A DNA stretch of 64,000 bases, taken from the NCBI GenBank assembly GCA_951406725.2, contig OX597831.1, forward strand, positions 80,166,001 to 80,230,000, written 5' to 3'. The stretch's first letter is position 1. Each line of letters opens with the position of its first letter. The notes below the pieces were generated by a model. That model did not search any database and was not told the DNA's origin. It saw only the letters and a program-made list of their open reading frames with translations. A program made the translations under genes and the position numbers. Positions 1 to 12,651 of this stretch are shown here, one piece after another. Origin of the DNA: Octopus vulgaris (Eukaryota).

Positions 1-394
1 ATACACATATAATATATGCGTGTGTGTGCTTGTTCTTATGTGTATACGAGCACATAAATATATATGTGCGTATGTGTGTGTGGTGTGTGTGTGCATGTAT
101 GTATGTGTGTGTGTGTGTTTGTTTGCATCCCGTAGGATGTAATGAAGACTTAGAGTAAGACACAAAACTGACGATAACAATAGCCACTGTGTTCTGTGTT
201 TCGAACTCATGTAATCAATTGAAAATATAGGGGGGTGGGGTGATGGAAAAGTGGGAGAAGAAAGGGAGAGCGGGAAGAGGAAGAGAGGAAAAGGAAGAAA
301 AAGAATATGCTGGAGGAGGAGGAGGTGTTGGAGTAAAAGAAGGGCAAGAACAAGATGAGGAAAGATGAGGAGAAGGTGGAAGAAGTTGTAGTAG

Positions 395-725
395 TGATGG
401 TGGGGGCGATGATTGAGGTGGTGGTGGTGGTGGTGGTACTGCTGCTGCTGCTGCTGGTGGGGAGGGTTAGTGGTGTTCGTAGAGAATAAAAAGGAAACGA
501 AGAAGAAGAAGAAGAAGAAGAAGAAGAAGAAGAAGAAGAAGAATAACAACAATAACAACAACAACAACGACGACGACGACGACGAGAAAGGAAAGATTGT
601 TCAAATTTTGGTGACGAGGACGATGATGATGATGATGATGATGATGATGACGGCGATGAGGATTATGACGATGACGACGATGAGGATTATGATGATGATG
701 ATGGAGTGTAAGAACAACAGCAATA
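395..725. repeat. Compound trinucleotide microsatellite (GGT/GCT/AAG/AAC/GAC/GAT)
   Basis: Consecutive pure triplet runs; the source of the homopolymer ORFs 413..733 and 467..817. Confidence 0.95.
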
Positions 726-1149
726 GGGCTTGAAACAACAAAAAATTTAGCCAATATATATAAACTACAAAATGGCCGATTCTCAAATATAAATAAAGAG
801 AAAAGTAAAAAAGTCAAAAACGTTCTGATACCAGATCGAGGCTGCGTTTGACTTTGATGTTTAAAGATTTCCGATCGGAATGTTTTAGACGTTCACTCCA
901 AGTGGTTATCTATGGACATACACACACGCATCTGTGTGTGTGTGTGTGTGTGTGTTTCAGTGATGGTAGTAGGGCGGGGGAATGTGTGTATGTGCGAGAG
1001 GGAGAGAGAGAGAGAGAGAGAGTCTATATGTATATGTTCATAACTTCGTACAATGTATATAAGTACATATTTGAATATTCACACACATACGCATACATAC
1101 AAACATGTATATAGTGTTTTGAGAATGAGGTGAGAAAAATATACAAATA

Positions 1150-1194
<45 letters not shown>

Positions 1195-1446
1195 TCTTAC
1201 ACATGCGCATATTGTATACACATACGCACACACACACACACATCTATACCTAAGCATGTATATACATACATATATAGGTGAGTATATATACATACCTATG
1301 TATATACAGATATATAGTATTATATCTATTTGAGTATGTTTGCATATTGACTATATATATATGTGTGAGAATGTGCGTGTGTCTGTATACGTATATATGT
1401 ATATATACATATATATATGTGTATATGTATACACACACATACATAA

Positions 1447-1506
<60 letters not shown>

Positions 1507-1770
1507 ATATGTATGTATGTATGTACAAATACATGAAAGTATATGCATATATATATACATATGGATAACATACTCACATGAACGTGCGGGTGTATGTTTG
1601 TGTGTGTGTGTGTGTGCGCGCGCGCGTGGCACGAGGATAACAGAGAGACCAAGAAGGAAAGAAAAGGAGAGCAAAGAAGAATTAAGGCAATAAAGAAAGA
1701 TGGCGGCGCAAACTAAGAGAGAGATGAGCAAACAGATAAATTGATAACAGCTCGAATGGACGACGAGGTT

Positions 1771-1808
<38 letters not shown>

Positions 1809-1894
1809 ATGAATGGAGGACTATTGATTAATTAGGTTCCCGTTAATATGGGTGTGGACGACTATGTGTGTGTGTGTGTATATATACATAATAT

Positions 1895-1951
<57 letters not shown>

Positions 1952-1990
1952 GTGTGTGTTTATACATATAAATACATATATATGCACATA

Positions 1991-2036
<46 letters not shown>

Positions 2037-2622
2037 CACACATACACATATATATATATGAATATACATACATATATATATATATATATACATACAGACA
2101 CGTACACACACAAACACATACATATGTATATAATGTATTTATGTTAGTTTTCTTTACTTATCTGCAAAGTAGATGCGCTCCTGGGTATGAGAAGAGTAGA
2201 ATCGGTGAGGTCAGATATGTATGTGTGCGTGCGTGTGTGCGTGTTTGTGTGTATGTGTGTGTGTGTGACAATCACTGATGTGGTCAAGTGCATGAAGAGG
2301 CGAAATTGATGAGGATAGCAGGGGGAGGTCAAGTGCTGTAGGAGGAAGAGAGACACTTGCTCTGTAGCACAACAACAACAGCAACATCAACAAAAACAAC
2401 AGCAACAGCAACACCAACAATAACAATAACAGTAGCAACAATGACAACAATATCAAGAACCACAATAACAGCAACAGGCAACATCGATATCGAAAAACAT
2501 CATCATCATAGCAACGTCGATATATATATGCTCATACAATCGCAACAAGAACTGCAAATGCAACACAAAATATCAATACTCCTGGATATACATAGACTTA
2601 CACACAAACATTCACACGCACA

Positions 2623-3452
<830 letters not shown>

Positions 3453-3519
3453 TTCTAACTATTCACTTATTTATCTGTCAATCAAACTAACAAGCTTTCT
3501 GTCAAATTATCACTCTCTT

Positions 3520-3663
3520 AACTTTCTTTCGTTTTACTTATTTCTGTCATTAGACTGCGGCCATGCTGGTGCACTGTCTGGGGGAGTTTTAATTGAATAA
3601 ATCAACCCCAGTACTTTTTTTAAGCAAGGTACTCATTTTATCAATATGTTTTGCTGAACCACT
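3520..3663 (-). mobile_element. 3' fragment of the major tRNA-derived SINE (family of 53521-53912)
   Basis: Reverse complement of the SINE tail motif CCAGCATGGCCGCAGTC..ATGAC.GAAA. Confidence 0.8.
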
Positions 3664-3785
3664 CTGTCTGTCTCTCTCTCTTTCTCTCTCGGCGCACGCG
3701 CTTGCTTGTTGTACAGAATGTCTGTTCGACTTCATGTTCCAAATCACATCAATTAAGTTTCTTGCTGAAGGGGGAGTAGATCTGT

Positions 3786-3831
<46 letters not shown>

Positions 3832-3835
<4 letters not shown>

Positions 3836-4392
3836 TTTGAGCGGTCTCAAGTGTAACAGGCAGAAACTGTAATGACGATTGGGAACTTGATTGATGAAAG
3901 AAAGCCACGAATGTTCCGTCCTGGATTTTTCTGTTCGTCTTTGTATCGGCCATCTGTCCGTATTCTTTTTATTGTCGTCTGTCACGTTCTTATTCCGTTT
4001 TGGGGATTTATATATACATATAGCAACGTATATATACCTCACACGCCAGCTCAACTTAACTTGTCCTCATTAGTTGAAAGACAGCTGTTGTTATTCTCGT
4101 GGTGTTAGTATTTGTAATCGTAAAACATTTTCACTTTTTTTTTCTAGTTTCTTTTTATTTTTGTTTTCGCACATATTTGCTTGCTTTCAAATATGTAATG
4201 CTCTTAACTTAGATACTTGGGGCTACCTATTTTGAATAGTCTCAAGTGTAACAGGCCGAGACGATAATGATAATTGGAAACTTGACTGATGAAAGAAAGC
4301 CACGAATGTTCCGTCCTAGTTTTACCTGTCCGTTTTCGTATAGTCTATCTGTTGGTATATTTTTTATTGTCGCCCGTTTCGTTCTTATTTCG
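3832..4392 (+). mobile_element. Dispersed repeat, ~1.4 tandem copies of a ~395-bp unit in (TA)n; homologues at 33812-34035 and 44705-45075
   Basis: TCTCAAGTGTAACAGGC...GAAAGAAAGCCACGAATGTTCCGTCC at 3845 and 4240; CTCACACGCCAGC and AATGCTCTTAACTTAG shared with the 44.7-44.9 kb copy. Confidence 0.7.
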
Positions 4393-4454
<62 letters not shown>

Positions 4455-4621
4455 AAATTCGAAATGCGATAAAATAAAATTAATTATTATCGCTGGTGTT
4501 TCTAGCACAGGCCATATATTATTCATATATAAGTACATTAAAAGGCGAAGTATGTACTAGAAACACAGAAGCTTGATAAATTTAGTGAAATGAAAATAAA
4601 AACTTTTACTAACTCGGTTCT

Positions 4622-4694
4622 TCTTAGACAGCAGTTTCGCCTATTTCAGCAATAAAAATAATATTTATTTACTCAGGTAGGCTCTTCAGTAAGA
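4622..4694 (-). ncRNA. Type I hammerhead ribozyme (array copy 1)
   Basis: Minus strand TCTTA-CTGAAGA-GCCTA...TAGGC-GAAAC-TGCT-GTC^TAAGA. Confidence 0.85.
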
Positions 4695-5022
4695 TTCCTG
4701 TTATTCTAAAATCGCATCACGATAGACACATGTGCGTCTACTAATTTGCTCTTTCTAACTAATCAGATCACTGCGCAGACGCAGAACGTACTCGACAAAC
4801 TAGGGATTTCTGGTATATAGTCTAACGCTCAAAATTTATCGAGAAATATGTAAACAAATTCAAAATGCGATAAAATAAAATTAATTATTATCGCTGGTGT
4901 TTCTAGCACAGGCCATATATTATTCATATATAAGTACATTAAAAGGCGAAGTATGTACTAGAAACACAGAAGCTTGATAAATTTAGTGAAATGAAAATAA
5001 AAACTTTTACTAACTCGGTTCT

Positions 5023-5094
5023 TCTTAGACTGCAGTTTCGCCTATTTCAGCAATAAAATAATATTTATTTACTCAGGTAGGCTCTTCAGTAAGA
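5023..5094 (-). ncRNA. Type I hammerhead ribozyme (array copy 2)
   Basis: Minus strand TCTTA-CTGAAGA-GCCTA...TAGGC-GAAAC-TGCA-GTC^TAAGA; palindromic stem III ACTGCAGT. Confidence 0.9.
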
Positions 5095-5422
5095 TTCCTG
5101 TTATTCTAAAATCGCATCACGATAGACACATGTGCGTCTACTAATTTGCTCTTTCTAACTAATCAGATCACTGCGCAGACGCAGAACGTACTCGACAAAC
5201 TAGGGATTTCTGTATATAGTCTAACGCTCAAAATTTATCGAGAAATATGTAAACAAATTCAAAATGCGATAAAATAAAATTAATTATTATCGCTGATGTT
5301 TCTAGCACAGGCCATATATTATTCATATATAAGTACATTAAAAGGCGAAGTGTGTACTAGAAACACAGAAGCTTGATAAATTTAGTGAAATGAAAATAAA
5401 AACTTTTACTAACTCAGTTCTT

Positions 5423-5481
<59 letters not shown>

Positions 5482-5778
5482 TTTTCAAATCCTGGCACGT
5501 GGCCAACGATTTTGGAGGCTGGTTGACAATATAGACCCCAGTACGTGAGTTGTATTTCATTTTATCAAGACTGAATCCAGGACTGAATTCGCAGTGGAAA
5601 GTCTTCTCTCGTCCAACTGCTCCCGAACGTGTTGAGTATGATTTTACTCGAATATAATTCATTCAGCGTTGTTTCGTGTGACATACCTTAATTCTAATTT
5701 CACCAAGTTTTCCGCACACCGGCATACGTTTCCTACACAGTCTTAATAAGAATAATTTCATTATAACTGGGTTGTGGG

Positions 5779-6199
5779 CAGCGCTTGATTAACCATTAAG
5801 CAAAATAAGTAGCTTGTGCCATCAACGGGAGGGGCACCACGGAAATGGTAAGTGGTTTACGGTACAAAAGAAATCACTTTAAACTAGCTAAAATGATACT
5901 AGGAATGCCCTATCTCAACTAAATATAGAAGCAGATGTATTACGTAAGATTAATCATGAGGATCTGATTAAAGAATTTGATATAAAAAAAGTAGGAGGAA
6001 ACTTTTCAAATATAAAGTGAAATTATGCAAAAGTAAAGATTATTTTCCATCTATCTGTTAGTTTTGTTTTATTTTTAAAAATAACAAATTTATTTAATGT
6101 TTTATTGTTGTTTATAATTTAAATTACATATATGTGGGGGTTGATAGCATCAAAAGCTTTTGAGTGCATAGGGTCACAATGGGTCTTCATTCGACCCTG
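5779..6199 (+). mobile_element. hAT-derived non-autonomous element with a remnant of the transposase C-terminus
   Basis: CAG...CCCTG termini; remnant reading EADVLRKINHEDLIKEFDIKK resembles the end of the hAT dimerisation domain. Confidence 0.5.
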
Positions 6200-6387
6200 G
6201 CTGTTAGTGTCTGAGTTGGTTTTTCACTGCTGACGAAGTAAAACAACACAGAAACACGTGCGGTCTACGATCCGATGACATCATTCGCAGCCCATTTTGT
6301 GTCTTTATTTGCGTCTGAGAAGAGAATTGTTTTGCCTGTGATTTCCTCCGCAGCGGTAATGCACGCAAACGTGTTGAATATGACTAC

Positions 6388-6606
6388 TCTCTTTACTCTT
6401 TTACTTGTTTCAGTCAATTGACAGTGGCCATACTGGAGCACCGCCTTTAGTCGAGCAAATCGACCCCAGGACTTATTCTTTGGAAGCCTAGTACTTATTC
6501 TATCGGTCTGTTTTGCCGGAGACGTAAACACACCAGTATCGGTTGTCAAGTGATGTTGGGGGTACAAACACAGACACACAAACATACACACACACACACA
6601 CGTACG

Positions 6607-6640
<34 letters not shown>

Positions 6641-6800
6641 CGACGGGATTCTTTCAGTTTCCGTCTACCAAATCCACTCACAAGTCTTTGGTCGACCCGA
6701 GGCTATCGTAGAAGACATTTGCCCAAGGTGCCACGCAGTGGGACTGAACCCGGAACCATGTAGTTTGCAAGCAAGCTACTTACCACACAGCCACTCCCAC
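6388..6800 (-). mobile_element. tRNA-derived SINE, full length (CORE-like family)
   Basis: Reverse complement of the 53521-53912 element, with internal (CA)n. Confidence 0.92.
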
Positions 6801-7354
6801 GCTTATGAAATTACTTTAAACATTGTGCCAGCCGAGATCTAAACAGCTTCATTATTTAAAGTCTCTACAAGCGCTGTTGTTTCTCTTTCTTCAAACTTAC
6901 TTCTACTTACACTTGAGGCGGCATTCACCTGGGGGGGGGGTCGAATCCGCTCCGACAAAACGGGTTCACCATATCGCTCACGGATTAAGCGTCATTCGCT
7001 TCTGTTTGCAACTGAAGTATACATTGTACCAAGAAATTTTTATAAGTTTCGAATCCAGTTTTAGATTCACTTAAAAGGTGCTAATCCTCCACGCTTTACA
7101 GTAGAAGACACTTGTGAGAGATGACACTCGAATTCTATCCGAAATCGTGCGGTTGCCAAGTGTTGAAACCAAACTGCTACACGGGCAATGCGCAATGGTG
7201 TCTGAGAAGCCGTCCATAGGGCTGGGACCTCGATGGATGCAAAACTACTGGTCACTCTATGACCGGACATATATCTAACTGCTTATAAATACATTACGGC
7301 TCTATGCTTTGCTTCTTTTTCGGATATACGATCCACTGACAATACACTCACACA

Positions 7355-7388
<34 letters not shown>

Positions 7389-7557
7389 ATTATTACTAAT
7401 CAGTAGACGTCACAGTGTGACTCAAGGCCTGACAGCTTCGTGCATTGACACTTATCAAACAGATAAGTTGAGTCACTCTGTAACTTCTGACGATTAATAA
7501 TGAAAAAAAAACGTATATAAACTATTATAATCTAACTTCCTTGTTTTCTTCAACAAA

Positions 7558-7676
<119 letters not shown>

Positions 7677-7985
7677 ATGTATATATATGTGTATATATGT
7701 ATGTATGTGCGTGTATAAACAACCGAATACGTTCTCTGTTGATATATCATATAGCTATGTGTAAGTGTATATACAAAGAGAGATAGGCGGTGACATAATC
7801 AAGTAGAGGCACAAATAAACACGCAAGAATGTAAGTAGGTGGACTTAGACAGAGAGATGTCAAAATAATATGTCGATATATTTGTATAGATCAATAACAA
7901 TATAAATACATACATACTTACGTGTGTGTGTGTGTGTGTGTGTGAAAGGGAAAACAAACGTAGTTACATAAGGGACTTCAATGCG

Positions 7986-8022
<37 letters not shown>

Positions 8023-8714
8023 TTATGTATGTATGTATGTATGTATATGTACATGTAAATATAGGAGGGTGGGAAAAAGAAGCTTTGAAAGATAAAGTGA
8101 CAGGGCAAATAGACAAGATGATATACAAACAATATGAAGCACAGAGAGAAAATAACATATATATATATATATATATATATGTAGGATGTAAACGAGAGGG
8201 AAGTAGAGGTGCGGAGAGAGAGAATGTGATTGGTAGATGAGTAGGGGATGGCTGAGGTGAAGGGAAAAGGTTGAGAAGAAAGCTGAGTCGATATTTCTAG
8301 AAGGAAAGGCGAGATAGAAATGATATAATATGAAAAATCAAGATTGATGAAAGAATGTTAGAATGAGAGGAATAATGGAATAATATCTTGGAGAAGGGAA
8401 GACTCAGGGACGAGTAAGTGTGAAAGTGTGATGGTGGCATGTGATACATGCATACATCCATACATACATAGACATATGTATGCATAGCTGGGTGTGTATA
8501 TGTGTTTTTATATATGTATACACAGGTAAGGATATATGTATGCACATGTATGAAAAACTTTATATACACTTAAGCTTGAGCGTATATAAGTGCATAATAG
8601 ATTTATACATACATGTGTATATATGATTATATTATGTACATAAGAATGTATATATATATATATATATATGTAAATAATAAATAATATAATATATATATAT
8701 GCATATACACGCTA

Positions 8715-8998
8715 CGCGCACCTTCGTTTTGGGATCACCACTACTTTCTTATCTCCTCTTCTTCCTAGCTCTTCTGTCTGACCACCTCTGTCCGGCATTC
8801 GCTATGATAGATCACTAGCCACTATAGCTTTTTCTATTTTCTCTCCCTATTTATTTCTGTGTTCCTTTCTGTTGAAGAGCGTAGGCTCGAAAAGTAAAAG
8901 ACTTTCTCACTTCCCGGGCGTTAAACTAATACATCTGTTTGTTGTTTACACACCCGTCTTCGTCTTTTGTTTTGTTTGTTTTTCTGTAAATACCAACT
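8715..8998 (+). mobile_element. Penelope pLTR-like short element with variant minimal hammerhead (also 35728-35904, 49583-49770, partial 30165-30225)
   Basis: Shared ATGATAGATC..TAGC.ACTA...GAAGAGCGTAGGCTCGAAA...TAATACA...GTCTTCGTCTTT; copies abut (TA)n. Confidence 0.7.
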
Positions 8999-9019
8999 AT
9001 ATATATATATTTATATATA

Positions 9020-9558
9020 TACATTTAAACACATTAAGAGTTTTCCATCATAGGAATCCCTTACGCTAGAAAGAAAAGCTTTAAATGTACACTGTATTTT
9101 ATATGAAAAATATATAGTCACTTGAGTAATTTTTCTATACGCTAGGCCACTTGTAGTAAAAATTTCTAAAATCTTTATTACTCTGATATTATTAATTATG
9201 TATAATGATTTCTGGAAGATTCGTTCGAAAAAATTGCCGACATCTTTAGCTGTCGACAAAAAGAACTGCGCTTGCCCGGTGGATTTGAAAAAATTAAAAT
9301 GCAAGAGGCACATGGTGGATTGGTCTCGTGTTTATATGTTTTATCTTGGCGTACCTGTTGAAGAAGACGTCGCCTAGCAAATTATTTAATTTGCTAAAAT
9401 AAGTCAGAAACCATGGTCCAGGAAATAGATGGTAAATGTTATTTTTCATTCCCTTCAAGAATTTATCCCTAATTAATGGTTTTGGATTTTAGCTGTTCTT
9501 TCTAGCGTAAGAGATTCCTATGATGGAAACCTCTTAATATGTTTAAATGTACACTGTA
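9020..9558 (+). mobile_element. Hammerhead-containing element with ~60-bp inverted terminal duplication
   Basis: 9020-9080 is the reverse complement of 9491-9551; hammerhead motif at 9354-9422. Confidence 0.7.
9354..9422 (+). ncRNA. Type I hammerhead motif (C3U variant)
   Basis: CCTG-TTGAAGA-AGAC..TAGCAAATT/AATTTGCTA..GTCA-GAAA-CCATGG-TC^CAGG. Confidence 0.7.
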
Positions 9559-9561
9559 TTA

Positions 9562-9619
<58 letters not shown>

Positions 9620-9792
9620 TGTATGTATGTATGTATGTATATATGTATGTATGAAACAATGGTATTACATTTAAAGCGCTACACCTACATACTCCGAGTA
9701 CTATAATGACAACTTTTTACTATTTATTCTAAATTAAAATATATATATGTATGTATGAATGTATGTATACATACATACATATGTTTGTGTCA

Positions 9793-10340
9793 GACCACTT
9801 TCGAGTGCTACTGGTAACATATAACCCAGTACAACCTGTTGCATGGTCGGTTCGTCGGCGACTAAACCGGCAACCCCACCAAGCTTGCTTGGTGAGGAGG
9901 GTGTTTATTGGACACCCTGCGGGATGAAAAATAAAACCCGTCAAAGGGCGGAGGAACTCTTGAGAGTCAACGGCCAACCAATAAATGTCTTAAGGCTGTA
10001 TCATGCGCGGGGACATAGAAATAATCGGACTGAATACCCGATCGCGCGGTTAAACCATTGGGAGTGAAGGACTCCTAGCCTTTGTTAGGGCATCTTTCTA
10101 GGAGAAGGTAACTCAGGTAACTGGGATAACTCCGACATAAAACCTGCGGCTCAGTGGTTAACGATGATGTTGACTTGTTCTTCTTTTCGGATTATGGCTA
10201 CTGTTGCTTAGTGAGTGGGATTGACTCAGTGCATAGCCTTTCCCCACTTTAAAAAAATCTTCTTGAACAGGCATTGCACGATAACAACATTGATTAAGCT
10301 TCGTGCAATGGCCATACTCGATAACGAGGGGGAGGCCAAC
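9793..10340 (+). mobile_element. RTE-like LINE 5' UTR-derived element
   Basis: GC-richer block between microsatellites; GGGCATCTTTCTAGGAGAAGGTAACTC resembles the RTE 5' UTR motif; HDV-like fold at the 5' edge. Confidence 0.5.
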
Positions 10341-10421
10341 ATGTATGTATATATGTATGTATATATATATGTATATATATGTATATATGTATATATGTAT
10401 GTGTGTATATATGTATATATG

Positions 10422-10466
<45 letters not shown>

Positions 10467-10483
10467 GCATGCACTTATATATA

Positions 10484-10634
10484 CGACGGGTTTCTTCCAG
10501 TTTCCATCTACTAAATCCACTCGTAATTTTTTGGGTGGTCCGAGGCTATAGAAGAAGCTTGCCCAAGGCGCCACACAGTGGGACTGAACCCGGAATCGTG
10601 TGGCTGGGAAGCAAGCGTATTACCACACAATCGC

Positions 10635-10635
<1 letters not shown>
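10484..10635 (-). mobile_element. SINE 5' half (CORE-like family)
   Basis: Matches the head of 53521-53912. Confidence 0.85.
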
Positions 10636-10673
<38 letters not shown>

Positions 10674-10696
10674 TATATAGAGAGAGAGAGAGAGAG

Positions 10697-10773
<77 letters not shown>

Positions 10774-10833
10774 TAGTAGCAGCGTTAGATGAAAGGTTAG
10801 TGAAACCCTTACAGTGTCCCCAATCTCTTCCAC

Positions 10834-10911
<78 letters not shown>

Positions 10912-11162
10912 GGATATAGTAGCAGCGTTAGATGAAAGGTTAGTGAAACCCTTACAGTGTCCCCAATCTCTTCCACTATTATTATGCATCTTCACACCGG
11001 ATGTTTTATGTTGACATAATACATCTTCAGGTCATTTTCCCTATTCTTGCATTAATTATTTCTTTTTCTTTCCTTTCTTTTCTTTTTGTCTTTTGTTTGA
11101 TTCACTATTTCTCACCATTCATACCCATATATAAATCACTATTTTATTATTATTATTTATTA

Positions 11163-11230
<68 letters not shown>

Positions 11231-11599
11231 TCTTATTACGAGGATGATAGTCACAGGATTATATCTTGTCAACTTCCGGTGGAGACAATTAGAACCTTTC
11301 TTAAAACAATAGACTTTAACCTGAATACACAAATCCAAACCCTGAATTATTTAACAGATATTATTCACAGCTCATTTTGGTGTAAGAGGGCTTATGTACA
11401 CTCCCCACCCCGACAACACACATTCACGTGTTGTCCTATATGCGTATGTGTTAGCAACTTTATCTATGCATCTACAGTGGTTTGGCTAAGACGTTACAGC
11501 ACTGGTTCTGAAACCCAGAGCCGTGCGGCCCTCGGGTGTCCGTATAAGAATTTGTTGTTAAAATTTGTGCGCATTGAATCGGTTGTACTTGTACAATTC

Positions 11600-12262
<663 letters not shown>

Positions 12263-12651
12263 AATTTTTAATAATAGTTAATTAAAAAAGAATAGGATCT
12301 TTTTTGAATTTTGAAAGGTTACTAGGATCCATCTGATTAAAACAGGGATGGACGGGACCCATGTGTAGGACATGATTGAACCATTGCATTCGAGCGACGG
12401 GTAGCTTGTAATAGTGTTTTTCCATCCTTTTGCCCTCTAAATTTAAATGTTAATCAGCCTTTTGGCCTTTTTGTGATCGATACAAAACAGATATCGTTCA
12501 AGATATTGATCAACTTGAGTGGAGCAAAACTGATTCGAATTTCCTTCTTGCGTTTATCTGTTACTCCTTTCAGGTTCTGAGTTCATATATAAATATTTTA
12601 TATAAACAAATATATATATATACATATATATTTGTTTATATAAAATATTTA

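Larger units (their letters stand above)
4451..5426 (-). mobile_element. Retrozyme-like tandem array: 2.4 copies of a ~400-bp hammerhead-containing monomer
   Basis: Near-identical units start at 4451, 4852 and 5251; (TA)n on both sides; each full unit carries a type I hammerhead on the minus strand. Confidence 0.85.

Noticed and set aside
2173-2204. Possible micro-exon encoding CAPGYEKSRI (EGF-like CAPGY)
   Set aside because: Only 32 nt with mediocre splice sites; compatible with chance
4451-5426. CRISPR array or simple satellite interpretation of the tandem repeat
   Set aside because: No unique spacers, eukaryotic context, only 2.4 units, and a ribozyme is present
6225-6265. CTGACGA...GAAACACGTG hammerhead-like words
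   Set aside because: Stems I and II do not form and there is no NUH site in register
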